This document shows, in pieces, positions 51,946-64,000 of a stretch of DNA of 64,000 nt (its first letter is position 1; each line of letters starts with the position of its first letter). The notes beneath the pieces were generated by a model, which was given only the letters and a program-made list of their open reading frames with translations, searched no databases and was not told the DNA's origin. A program made the translations under genes and the position numbers. Source of the DNA: Antedon mediterranea (lineage: Eukaryota; Animalia; Echinodermata); the NCBI RefSeq assembly GCF_964355755.1, contig NC_092673.1:3534001-3598000 (forward strand), in the 5' to 3' direction.

Positions 51946-52552
51946 TTCCTGTATCTTTTAATAGGGTTTTATACCTATATTTGATATTTGTTTTTCAAAA
52001 TTGATTTTTTTCCATTGCTATAACATTTGTTTGAATTTTCATTTTAAATTTTGTTTCACATTTTATAGTGAAATGCACTTCAATTTATTCCCTGATAGTT
52101 AGAATTTTCCCCAAGATGCAAGACCATCTTTATGTTGACCTGACCCTAAATTTTGCACATTGTAATGCAGAAGATAGGACATCAAATTAAACTCAGCCCT
52201 TCATTTCACCATTTATAGGCCCTCCCCACTTCCCCCTTTATTTCAAAATCTGGGATCCGCCCCTAAGAAAAGTAATATCTAAAGAGTTTAGAACTTATGG
52301 TGCTGGTAAATTGTGGAGAACCCCATGAGTAAATGGAAACTTATACCCCTCGTGTAGCACACATATTGAGGTGTCAACACATGCGTTTTGTATGGCATTT
52401 AGCAAGGCAGTGTGAAAGTGGTATTAACTGTAGCCCTATATGAAAATGCATTTTATCTAAAAGTGAGAAAGTGATTATCTAAAATGAATATGAAAAACTG
52501 TAAAGAAGCATGAATGAATTGTGCTTTTACAATATCTTGCCTTGCTTTGCAG

Positions 52553-52626
52553 ATTTTGAAAATCAAGACATTGTCTGGAGAAAGTTCAACAATCTGTCAC
52601 CAATCTTTAAAGAAACTGCTGTGTAG
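52553..52626 (+). CDS. INPP5A: Putative alternative last coding exon of INPP5A (C-terminus ...FKETAV*, 422-aa isoform)
   Basis: Acceptor cttgccttgctttgcag. It joins in phase 1 to the internal donor AAAG|gtaaca at 46372, giving NSK-DFENQDIVWRKFNNLSPIFKETAV*. Confidence 0.65.
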
Positions 52627-53629
52627 ATGTTACCCAGTTGTCTGGTTACTGCTGTCTGCAGGATCAATAAGAATTCAGAAGAACCTGTAAGGTGTTTAGA
52701 AGATCTTGACATTGCCGAGAATGAGAAGATTCTGTAATCAAAAGAGAAATTGCTAAGTTAAAAGAATTTCTGTGAAAGTGTTCTCCACTTCTTCAATGAA
52801 GCTTAATGAAATCTTAAATGTTTGTTTCCATTTACTGGATTATATGAAGTACAGCTCTTTTTATATGTCCAGGTGTCTGTATCATAAAGCTATTCATACA
52901 GAAATCTGCACCATATTTGAAGAAGCTAGACTTTACAGTCCCTTTTAACCGCCACAGATCTTCAAGTCTTTAACTTTAATCCAAACCATCTATGATAGAA
53001 TCATAATTTAAGTCATCTAAATATTATTGACTTCTCAATCTGATATACTGAGGCTGAATTTTAAACGATTTTAATATAATCTCTGAAATGCTTTATTTTT
53101 AGCTCAATGTTTATGCACATGATTTTGGACAAAATGTATTTTATTCTTTTTACGTTGTTTATAGATTTCATATTTAACATTTTTAAATAGCAGTAATAAT
53201 AATTAGTAGAAACCATCTTTAAGATAACTATGGTTGACACTACCGATTATTATATTACTGTTTTATTAAATACCACCTTTTTGTTTTTTTACACTATACA
53301 AATAATTTTATTTTAGTTTGATTTTATGACCAAAGAAGGAACATTTTAATTGAAATAAACGTAATTAAAATCTCCAAAAAGTATGTACTTTTGACAAAGC
53401 AGAAGGTTAAAATTTGTTATGTTAAAAGTACAAAATTTGGTTAGCTTTTTACACATCTCCCATCGATTCAGAAATATTATCAATATAATGTAAATGAATA
53501 ATACATTATGCAAAGAGCGTTTTAACACTTTTTCCTAAGTGTGGTATTTTAGTCATAGTAGTTTAAATATTAATTATATTTTGTTTAAGTTATTTTTGTT
53601 CTGCTGCTGGTCATGCGATTTTAATCGCT

Positions 53630-53730
53630 CCTAAGATTGTTTTTAATCTCAATAGATTGTTTTTAATCTGTCATTAGAATGTTTTTAATCTCTCATTAGA
53701 TTGTTTTTAATCACTCCTTAGATTGTTTTT
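53630..53730. repeat. ~22-bp tandem repeat (agattgtttttaatctctcatt) x~4.5
   Basis: Direct inspection. Confidence 0.85.
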
Positions 53731-55992
53731 ATAATGTGCTTTTTATGCCAGTTTAAAACTTTGTATCAGTTGTTTTGCTCTTTATGAATGGAAAATAATT
53801 TAGAATTTCTTCTGAAATTTGAATTTTAATTTACTTGATCAAAATAGATTCATTAATATTTATGAGCATATGAATATTTATGAGGTTATGAATATTTATA
53901 TATAAATGATGAATATTCATGCACACAAGATGGTATATTGATTTTCATTGATGTAAAAAGTTGTTAACATAGGATCCCAAAGGGAATAATACGTAGCTTA
54001 AGTTAGGATGTTGCCCTGACAAAGAGGGTTTGAGCAAATACAATATAGTATTATGAAAATACTGATTATTATGTAAATTTAGAGTTATTTATTCAAGAAT
54101 TGTCATCAGCGTTTAAATATTCATTAATTATGTTTAGTATGCGTATTGTTGTTATGTTATGTAACATCTAACCTTATGTAAGTTTCTTGTTAGATATTGT
54201 TTGAGTTTGAACTTTTTTCTACCTCATATTGCGTTTAATCTATCTGGCATTATCTTTATACAAATACCAGACTGCTGTCACTGTCAAAATTTATTAATTG
54301 TATTTCGTTTCAACTATTTTATGTTATTCATTACAGTACAGTATTGATTGTAAACAAGATGTTTTTAAAATTCTCATTCACATTTTTCTTAAATTTCATT
54401 GATTTTCTTAAATGTCACTCATTTTCTTAAATATTGAAAAGTGAATAGCTCCCTCTTTATTTTTACTAAAGTTTTTGTGAAATTCTTAGCAGCCTATACT
54501 ATACAGTAAGAGGCAAATTTATTTTGATTTTAAGCTTTTTAATGCCATAGTTACAAAAGGTAAATGTATTGGATTTTATCATTAATACTTGTCCTTTTAC
54601 ATCGTATTTTCTCTACACTAGGCTGAATAACGTGTTTTTATTAACTTTTTTTTTTCATTTTAATAGTTATCTTCATATTTCATGTTGGTGTTATATTGTC
54701 CCGTGTGAGTCTTTCCTTGTATATACACTCTATGTACAGTAATTAGAATAATGAAAACATTGTAATTAGTAATTGTATTTACAAATTAACACAAAATAGT
54801 TCTTATACTAAGAGTTGATGTTATCGCCCATTTTACCTTTTCTTAAATATAATGAAATAAGTGGAATGTTGCAATTTAATTGATAAATTATGAATGTATC
54901 TTAAATATTATAATAAATAATAATAGACTTGTAGATATTCTAAGGTGTTTTACCTTTCTAGTACCTATTAATATTAGGATGCCAATTTTCCCGGTCCAAT
55001 GATTGATACGTGTATATTTAAGGTATAATTAAAAACCGATATGATCGTTATGATAGGCACCACAGAGAAACTCAAATTGGACGCGCGCGTACAAAAACCG
55101 TACCATTGTTATCAGTATTTAAACGCGCGCGTCGACAACACGTATCTTATCAGCGTTTAAACGCGCGCGTTAAATATATGTACAATTGTTAACGTTTACG
55201 CGCGCGTGTCAGAGTATATGTATCTATGTGGTGTCTTTACAGTGTATGGCCAAATTGTGTATTAAGGATATTATTAATATTCTGTTATTTTTAGGCTGTA
55301 TTTTAAATTATTCGACCAAGAAATAACATTTGAAAGAAACTACATTACAAATGTGTTTGTTCATTTTTTATATGATGATACACAATTCCTTTAAATTTGA
55401 AATGGAGGTTATGTGTGTGGTTTCAAATTTAGTTTGTTAATATTGCGAATTACGGCCATTTAATAAAGATTGAAATATATCGAACTGTTATACCGTACGA
55501 TAGATTGGTGCTCGATTATATCATAGACCATTTTTATCATTTAACAAACCATACAACAAGCCAACATTTAAATCTTAAATCGAACCACCGATTGGTGAAA
55601 ATCATAAATGTGTTTTACGCGTATTCGTGATCGGTACTGTTGTCAATGCGAAAATGGTCTGTAATATAATACAACAATTATTACAATATTTTGTATTGTT
55701 TACTACTGTGGTTCTTGTTAAATACTGATTTTAATACTCAAGTCTTGTTTTAGCTAATAATATTCAATTGTTGGCGGGAAACTAATAAATATACTATGTA
55801 TGTACTGAGAGAAAGTTTGTCAAAATGTGTGTTTCTTTTTGCTGTTTGTATGCGTCTGCCTTTTCATGTATTCCTGCTTATATAAAGCAAAGCAACAAAA
55901 TCATGTTTGTAAACAAACATAATGTTAGAAAAACTATGACTATGAAAAGTTACATAATGGAAATAAACGTGTGATGAACCCACATAAGACAA

Positions 55993-55995
<3 letters not shown>

Positions 55996-56053
<58 letters not shown>
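55996..56053. repeat. (TA)n microsatellite
   Basis: Direct inspection. Confidence 0.97.
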
Positions 56054-56057
<4 letters not shown>

Positions 56058-57290
56058 CAGTTGTTACAATCAAATCCGGATCGAAAAATAAAACATGCCT
56101 TTAATTTTAAACTTACTAATATTAAATTATAAATTGGTTACGAGATATACAATGGGCTTACATTATTACACTATTTCTAAGTTTTCTGTTATTGGGATAA
56201 CAAGTTAAAGAATTATATTGTTACAATTATGATACATTCATTTATTATTTAATGAATGGTTTGAAGAAAGTAACTATTTTATCAACTTATATGCCTAACA
56301 TTCAAATCTTTATAATAATGAATACAATCGATATAAAAACCAAGCTACAAATAGAATAACAGTGTTTTGCCACACGGAGACGGTGGCATTTAACGAACTC
56401 ATATCATGGAGTTGTAAATTATTTTTATTTATACCTCCATGCTTATGTTATACAAAAATACAACGAATAAACGTAAGTTGTGGCTTAAAAAGTTTTATTT
56501 AGTAACTGAACATTCATCCATATAAAACTATACATAAAGATAATAAGTCAATAACTTTATATATCAATAAAGTTGTCTAATTCAAAGTAGACATCCCTTA
56601 AATAACGAAATCGTTTAAATGAAATGTTTAATATAAAGTTAAAATATCTTTAATGTGTATATCAACAGGACATTTAAGATGTTTAAAGACTAGGTTTTCG
56701 TATATGACATTTGCCGAGGGGCAGTACGTTTAGCCTGTTATATCTAAATGACTTCATTTGCGATGATTTAATCGAAACGCTCTAAACGATCTGCAAAATG
56801 AACGTAAATGGAATTTATTTTAATGTATCTTTATTCTCTTGAATAGCCGTACAAGTGATCATCTCTAATTAACTCGTGTCTTGTAGAACAATATAACCGT
56901 CAGATTTCGATAATGAGTAAAATTGGTCCTGTGGGATGTGATGCAAGGGACTTGAGACGTTCTAAGGCAGTGAGAAATTAGCATAAACTAGTCGTTTAAG
57001 ATCAACTACCAGGCCTAGGACTCAATGATGAATAATGCCTGCTCGTAATTTAAAGTGGTATTGTATAAGCTGTTCAATTACTCGAGTCTATTTCACGATT
57101 AATAAACGACTTTTGCTAAATCCACCACTTAGTCGAAGTTATTCAGACAATTATGTACTGACAAATTAAATATGTTTACTTGTCATATAGGTCTTGTATC
57201 TAATTTTCATTTTCTAGTAAATTCAATTTAAAATGCATAACCGCAAGAGTTTTTTTAATAAAATAAATAAAAATAATTTTTTGTTTTTAA

Positions 57291-57612
57291 AGATGTATTG
57301 TCCCCCAAAAACATGAAAAATGAAGATTAATCAATCAGACTTTGAATACCTTATTTTGTAGTTAATATAAAGTTAGGCCTAATCACTTCCGTAGAAAAAA
57401 TAATGTTTTCACTTGTAAAATTACAAAATAAGTGGTTAAATTCAACCAAAAATCCATTGGCTGGCAGCCAATCTGACCATTTTTGCTTTAAATTTTGTTC
57501 ATTTGTTTAGATCCAATTTTTGGTTAAAGTGGAATACATATTACGTTACAATAAAATGGAATATTCAACAAAATTTTGTTAAGAATTATTTTTTCCGAGG
57601 GACAATACATCT
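57291..57612. mobile_element. Kolobok-like MITE family C
   Basis: TTAA|agatgtattgtccccc...gagggacaatacatct|TTAA. Confidence 0.85.
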
Positions 57613-58303
57613 TTAAAGTTCGATAAGAGCGATAAAGATAACATGTTATTCATTTGCATATACAGAAGCAGATGAATTAAACATTCCAATTACGTAATTT
57701 GTATTGTTTTGTGGTTTTGGTTGTGACGTGGCATTTTGGTATACAGTACTACGAAGCCATTTCATTTCTTGGAAGACGTGTTGTAGGTTTAAGTATTATG
57801 CTATATTCGAAAATGTCGCATGTTTTAAACATTATCAATAAGGTAAAATACCTTTTATATCTGTATACACATTCGAGCTAAATTTCATGTTTTTATTTAC
57901 TTTTAAATGTTAGCTACTATGTATGTATTTTATCTGCGGTTACAATGTTTTGTAGGCCCCCTACTTTTTGTCTTGTTCTGACATGCATAGGCCTACAATA
58001 CGGTATGCTTGGTCCTCCAAGCTGTGACCTGGGACGTATGTAACATTCTTATGTATTAAAAAATAAAGAATTATTTGGGAGAGAGAGAGAGAGACTATAG
58101 ATTGTATGCCAATCTATAATCTACATTGCTGTATTTGTGAATATTAGGTAATACGCCTATGAATTAAGATACAGTCCTATTTATTTGCCTTGTACCGTAT
58201 TGTGCAGTAGCAAAATAGAAATCTGTATGTAATAAACTTATTTAGACCTATTACCTACATTTCTTTGCGTATGTCTCTCTCAATGCTTGGGTCGTTAAAT
58301 CAA

Positions 58304-58505
58304 CTGCGTCTCTTGTAACTATGCGTATCAGAATTCGGAAGTGCGTGTAACTGCGTGTCGGAAGTGCGTCTCGTGTAACTATTCGTTTTGAAGTGCGTCT
58401 CGTGTAACTGTTGTGTGCGTTTCGTGTAACTGTTGTGTGTCTCTCGGGTAACTGTTGTGCGTTTCGGAAGTGCGTCTGATGTAACTGCGCCTCAGAAGTG
58501 CGTCT
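58304..58505. repeat. Degenerate tandem repeat (gaagtgcgtctcgtgtaactg)
   Basis: Direct inspection. Confidence 0.75.
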
Positions 58506-59531
58506 TATTTTGCACGTTTTCTAACTCGAAAGTAACTTTAATCGATGTTTTATTTTGGTGTAAAATGAAATATATTCGTACGTACTTTCATAACTCACAA
58601 CTTAACGGAATATTGAAATGCTTATTAAACAATTAAATTAAATTCCAGATATAATACCGTACATTTGTTTAATTCAATACGCGACCTTCACCATTTAAAA
58701 GTGTAAATAGTCATTAAATGCACTTTAAATTTCGATATTATATAATGAATATTATAATTGTCTATCATGTTTGTTACGTTTAGTTATGAATTAATAATCA
58801 CAAACTAATGACTCCGTTGCGCTTCTTCAATTTTAATTTTTCATAACAAAAGCATGATAATTTAAATAGAAACAAAACTGAAGGGGAAGCCCTGTAGCTA
58901 CACAAGGCACCTAACCCAAGGATTTGTTTAACGTGAACTCCATTTGTAAATCATAATTAGTAATTATTTTCAACAATTGGCTAATTTTCCCTAACTTCCT
59001 TCAAGCGGTAAACAACAATACAGCAGTGTGCGCTCGCTATTTAGCTAAATGACATCTCGATAACTTCACAATATGTAATCGTTTTTCAGGAATATATCAT
59101 ATTTACTTGTGATCATTTATATTGCTAATTAAGGTTTGAAAACCCAGGCTTTTGTTGGAGGAAATAAATGTAATTCTAATATAATCAAGGAGACACGCCT
59201 CCAGCTAATGTAGATTTAAATCGAATGATACCATACTTGTAACGACATTAAAGTTGATTTACTTAATCAAGACAAAGATACATTTAAGTTCGTAAAAATT
59301 CATAATTTAATGCTTTTCTTCCGCTTTCATCTCCATCTTAACATTTTTTGAAATGCTAACTTACGTTTGCTTATCTCCTTATTTGGTTTTGATACAATAT
59401 CATTTTCTTAGTTACCAAAACATGTGTATTGAATGCGATTAAAGATTTATAATAATTAATATAATATACACTTATAAACTTAACTATTGTAAATGATCTA
59501 AAGAGTTTCGTTTTTTTTGTTTTTGTTCTAA

Positions 59532-59688
59532 AGCTTGACTGTCTACACTATCAAACTTTATGTTATGTGGTGTGCCCATATATGGACATGATGATGGCAT
59601 ACCACTACCATATTTAAGCATATCACAACCATATTTGGGCACATCAGACTTCTTTTTGTCAAACTAGTTTGATAGTGTAGACAGAGCT
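59532..59688. mobile_element. MITE family A copy
   Basis: ctgtctacactatcaaact...agtttgatagtgtagacagagct. Confidence 0.85.
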
Positions 59689-60425
59689 TTAGCAAACTCC
59701 TAACTTATTTTATGTAGTTTAAAATAATGTAGTGCTATTGTCCTTACTCGAAACGTATGTGTTATTGATGTTGTAATTCTCAATGTTTGTATTATGTAAC
59801 CGATGAGCCATAATGTGATAATATAAAGTGATAATATAATGGATTTAAATCAATTACGATGGTCATATACAACAATAAGGTATTGTACATAAGTGACCAA
59901 CAGCTTCAAGTCTTATTCTAAACGTGTAAATTCAAACCTATAACAGTCATAATAGCGATTTGTGTTATTATTACTAAGTCCCAAATCATATTAAGCGTTA
60001 TATTTTCAATACATTAAACATAACGATAATCTAGATTTAGATAAGTTAACAAAATAAGCTTGTTTGTTATTGATAAAAGCTGGTTACAAACAACATATTG
60101 TGGATTGAACTCCCATTAACATGTTTGTTTTTCTAATCGTGTTTCGTTAAAGATAAAACTAATGTTCCATTCGTTTTAACAAAAGATAATGTGTACCAAA
60201 TGTGTGTCTCCACTAAGTGTTTGTAATGACACCGTTGTGATTATATATCAGTTTGTAAATTAAATTAGATAGTGTAATAATGGTATAATCAATGTTAAAA
60301 TAGCGTAGGTTGATATATATTCGATATTTCTTGATATTTCAAACATTTTTGAAGGTCAAATCAAAGAGTTTGGACTTTGTCGGTCATTTTGAATTACGGC
60401 TCATTGTAACCGGGTTAGACTTAAA

Positions 60426-60766
60426 GCTTGGTTCCCACTAGAACGTAACGCAAGGACGTAAACGCAACGCAAGCGTTTTAACCATGCAATGACAAGCGAA
60501 GTTATAGACAGTTAGCAATCACAAGCGAATAAGCCATCGCTTGTGATTGGTCAATTCACTTGCATTGCGTTACGTCCTTGTGTGGCGTCGCTAGTGGGAA
60601 GAACCACGCTTTACCACTAGCGACGCAACGCAAGGACTTAACGCAACGTTTAGTGATTTGACCAATCACAAGCGATGGATTATCCGAACAGTGGCTTATC
60701 ATTGGTCAACTCGCTTGCGTTGGGCGTTAGTCATTGCGTTGCGTCTCTAGTGGGAACCACGGCTTA
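60426..60766. mobile_element. Two tandem MITE family B copies
   Basis: agcttggttcccactagaacg...ctagtggga, then ccactagcgacg...ctagtgggaaccacggct. Confidence 0.85.
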
Positions 60767-63409
60767 ACTTGTATAATGTTTTGTTTATAGGCCTACACAA
60801 TCGTCAATGATAGCGTCAGAAATAAGCATTTTCCTTAAAATATTGTGTAAATAATTTAGCGACAGTTAAACGAACCCAGCATATTGGTTTGTAGGCTATG
60901 CAAGAAAAAATAAAAACACTCTGACTGTTTGGTCGCTCTCATTTTTATCATGAAAAAGATCGACTTGACAGTGGCCCTGGTGTTATACATAATCTGTAGC
61001 TAACACAATTTCTCAACTTTCAACTTCTTGATTTGGTCGTCGTTTGATCATTGTTGGCCTACCGCTCGGGTTTGATATTAATCTCAAATTATCAATTTGA
61101 AATATATCATCTTTATCAATTTGTGTCCTTTAAAAACAGGTTAATGAAGTTCCAACTTTAGATAACAAATTTGACTTTTAAACCTCATTATTGGATCTAC
61201 AAATACGTTTGGTTGGTTGAGTGATTATATCAGGACCTTAACTACACATTATATATTATTTTTTAGATAGTTTTAAAAAAATATGTTGATATCCGAAGGT
61301 ACATTTAAAGGTATTATATAGACTTATCATAATATCCATTATAAATTATACAATCGTGTCTTCTCCATGTTATCATAAAAACGTAGAAAACTCGAAATAT
61401 ATCTATATCAGTTTGGCATTTATTGTTGGTATTGTTACAGTTGAATTCTATAGGCCTATTATAAAAATGTTCACATTGTATATTCATGATAAATAAACAC
61501 GTTTTTAACTTTATTTGTCGTGAGGTAATTTCCCGATTGATCGTAATCAAAACGGTACTGGGTATGGTCTACTAGCAATTTGCGTTTTTATTAGTTGTAA
61601 TTCTTTTGAATCATAAGATATTCATTAGACTATTATTGTTATCCATGATTGATAAAGTGTAAAATCATCCTTTATTTCAAATTTTTTTAAACATAAGAAT
61701 GTAACAAACATCCTTGACACATAATAATCTACTGTAGCCTTTAACCCTTAAATTTATTGTAGAATCCCTCTAAAACTCTAGCAATTGCCGTTTTTAGTTG
61801 TACTTTTCTTTAAATCCTATAAGATATTTATTAGACTTTTATTGTTATCCATGATAGATAAATAAATCCGTTAACTTTAATTGTAAATGCTTCCTCCAAA
61901 ATTGTATTAATATTACAGTAATTGGAATTTTTAGTTGTCGGTGTAGTTTTTTTTCTCTTTGAATCTTTAATTTGAGTTGCACAACATTTACATTGTCTGT
62001 AAATTGAGGAAACGCTACCAATCTCACCTGCTAAAACGCCTATTGATTGCTAAGTAGTTACACAAATGAAAGTTGATTACTAAACACAGGTGAAACGATT
62101 TCTCGAATTGGTAAACATTAAGAAAATTAATAACTTCCTCATTCAAGTCAATAAGACATTGTTTTATTGTTATTACTTGATACACGGGGTGTGGGAAAAT
62201 ATCGAAATATTATTATAGTATTAACCGGGTGTTTATAACATTAGTTATTATATAAAGCCACAGTGTATTGTGTTCATCTCACATTAGTAGCCTATTTTGT
62301 TGATTTCTTTGACGTTAGTAACCTATATTTGTTTGATTGGCTGAAGGACACTACTTGAGGTTTAAGTTGCAACCGGAATGTACTCTTGTTTGGGGAAGAA
62401 TAAGAATGAAAAACCAAAAGCAGCAATTTAGATTGCAAAGAAAATGTTTTTATAAAAAAAAAATGTAACAATTATGTTTTGAAATGGAAATAAAAGTGAG
62501 AGAACCTCACAAAAGACAAAAAAAAGATGGAAAGGGAGGTTTCCGCGAAATTGGCCTAAAAAGAAATCCCATTATTGGTAAAAGATTTAATCAGTTTCAT
62601 GTAAAGGCTATATACATGTATTATTGGAAATTTTAAGAAAACACCATTTTAAAAACTGAACTACAATAGACCCTATTATGTAATAAAACAGAATGTAGGC
62701 CTACAGTATTAATACGCGAGGGAAAAAAAGTGTCCTTACTTGAGTTGTTTGTTTTATTAAACTAATAAGTAATATTAATAACTTCTCATTTTTATCAGGT
62801 GAAATATAGTAATCTTGTTTGAATTATCACTTAAAGAACAAACGAAACAAATAAGAAACGATCATAACACGAAGGAAATACATTTCAAGTTCCTTAAACA
62901 GAGACTTTAAATCTATTTTATTAGTTTTTACGTTTGTTTAAACACATCTTAAGAAGTAATACATAACGGTATGTTTTACTAAGATAGCGCTATCTTGATT
63001 AAATGGCGGAACTTTTATAGAAATATAAATATTTTAAGTAGACGTTTAAGACATTTTATGATAACATGGATACTTTATTTATAATGAAGTTCCGGACTAA
63101 AAGTGTTTCGGATAGTACTTTTTGGAAGACGGGTTTCTTCGAATCTGAACGCATAAAAAAGACAAACGGATCATTAGGTATATACAATAGTTTCATAAAC
63201 TTGTAGCCATACAATGTCACTCATTGTCACGTCTGGAAGTCAATGAGTGTTGTTAAGTTTAACTGTTTATTTTATTTTTATACTTTTTAAAATGCGAAAT
63301 ATTTATTCGTTTTGAATTATTTTTTTAAATTTAATAATTTATTCTGTTTATTTGTGTCTACATGTTTTCATGGTTCTGATTTAGTATTTGTTTGTTTTGT
63401 TTGTTTTAT

Positions 63410-63709
63410 CTTTATACTGGGTAACCTCTTCAGTCAAAGACTGATCTCCCAGAGGGCCCAGTTGGTGATCAGTGGCTGTGATGTACTAGTACACCGGGGT
63501 AACCCCCTACTCGTCTCGAAAGATGTACTAGGTTCTTTAAAGTGCTCACGAGCAAGTTGTGTACACTGGACCTACGGTTTATAGTCCTTATCCGAGAAGA
63601 CTCGTTCTACCACCAGAACCATGGAGTGAGTGAGCCTCGAACCTCTGCCGATGTTATGGCTACGTGATTACGGTTCCACTGTCTTAACCGCTCGGCCACT
63701 CACTCACCC
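63410..63709 (-). mobile_element. tRNA-derived SINE with Meta-like domain (a related fragment lies at ~63770-63865)
   Basis: On the minus strand: A box tggccgagcggtt, B box ggttcgaggc, and body ggataaggactataaaccgtaggtccagtgtacac...gcactttaaagaacc...gagtagggg. Confidence 0.75.
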
Positions 63710-64000
63710 AGATAGTACGGAGCTCTATCTGTTTATATTTTAAGAATTCGGTTATAATAAAAAAATCGGATTAGGCCCTCCACGGACCCACGGCAGCCAG
63801 CAGTGCAGCCCCTACCAGACCAGCACACCGGGAGACGATCCCCTACTCTTTACAAAGAGTGTACCAATATTGTTTAAAATGTATGTTTTACGCATGCGCA
63901 CTCTTGTCACATTAGTTTATCCACCATATGTCTAATGATGATCAAAAGTGACAATATAGATTTTAATGACCACATTGCGTGTTTCTATTATTGAAACGTA

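Noticed and set aside
51261-51984. Poly-His/Ile/Ser ORFs
   Set aside because: Translation of a (CAT)n microsatellite; no splice or homology support.
55864-56073. ORF with YIYI repeats
   Set aside because: Translation of the (TA)n microsatellite.

Overview
AT-rich, intron-containing metazoan DNA, probably from an invertebrate deuterostome. That placement is an inference from Deu- and Meta-type SINEs and the gene structures. I spliced four protein-coding genes by hand. (1) The 5' part of a ZNF365/FBXO41-like zinc-finger/coiled-coil gene (- strand, runs off the left edge). (2) THOC3 (+, 6 exons, 320 aa). (3) A 10-exon secreted/GPI-or-TM protein (-, 685 aa) that resembles a stand-alone FRAS1/FREM2 C-terminal region. 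(4) INPP5A, type I IP3 5-phosphatase (+, 16-17 coding exons over ~40 kb), which appears to have two alternative C-termini, CAAX 'CCTVL' versus PDZ-ligand 'ETAV'. The remainder is intronic or intergenic and is dense with MITEs (Harbinger-, Kolobok-, hAT- and Tc1-like), tRNA-derived SINEs, mini/microsatellites and a TSD-flanked 28S rRNA fragment. The most unusual non-genic signal is an archive of apparent DNA-transposon excision footprints. TA-CAG-TA/TA-CTG-TA and TA-GGCC-TA motifs are strongly over-represented and appear as net insertions at TA sites inside repeat copies. There is also a 17+17-bp P-element-type footprint flanked by an 8-bp TSD. Family assignments come from my recall of motifs, not from database searches.
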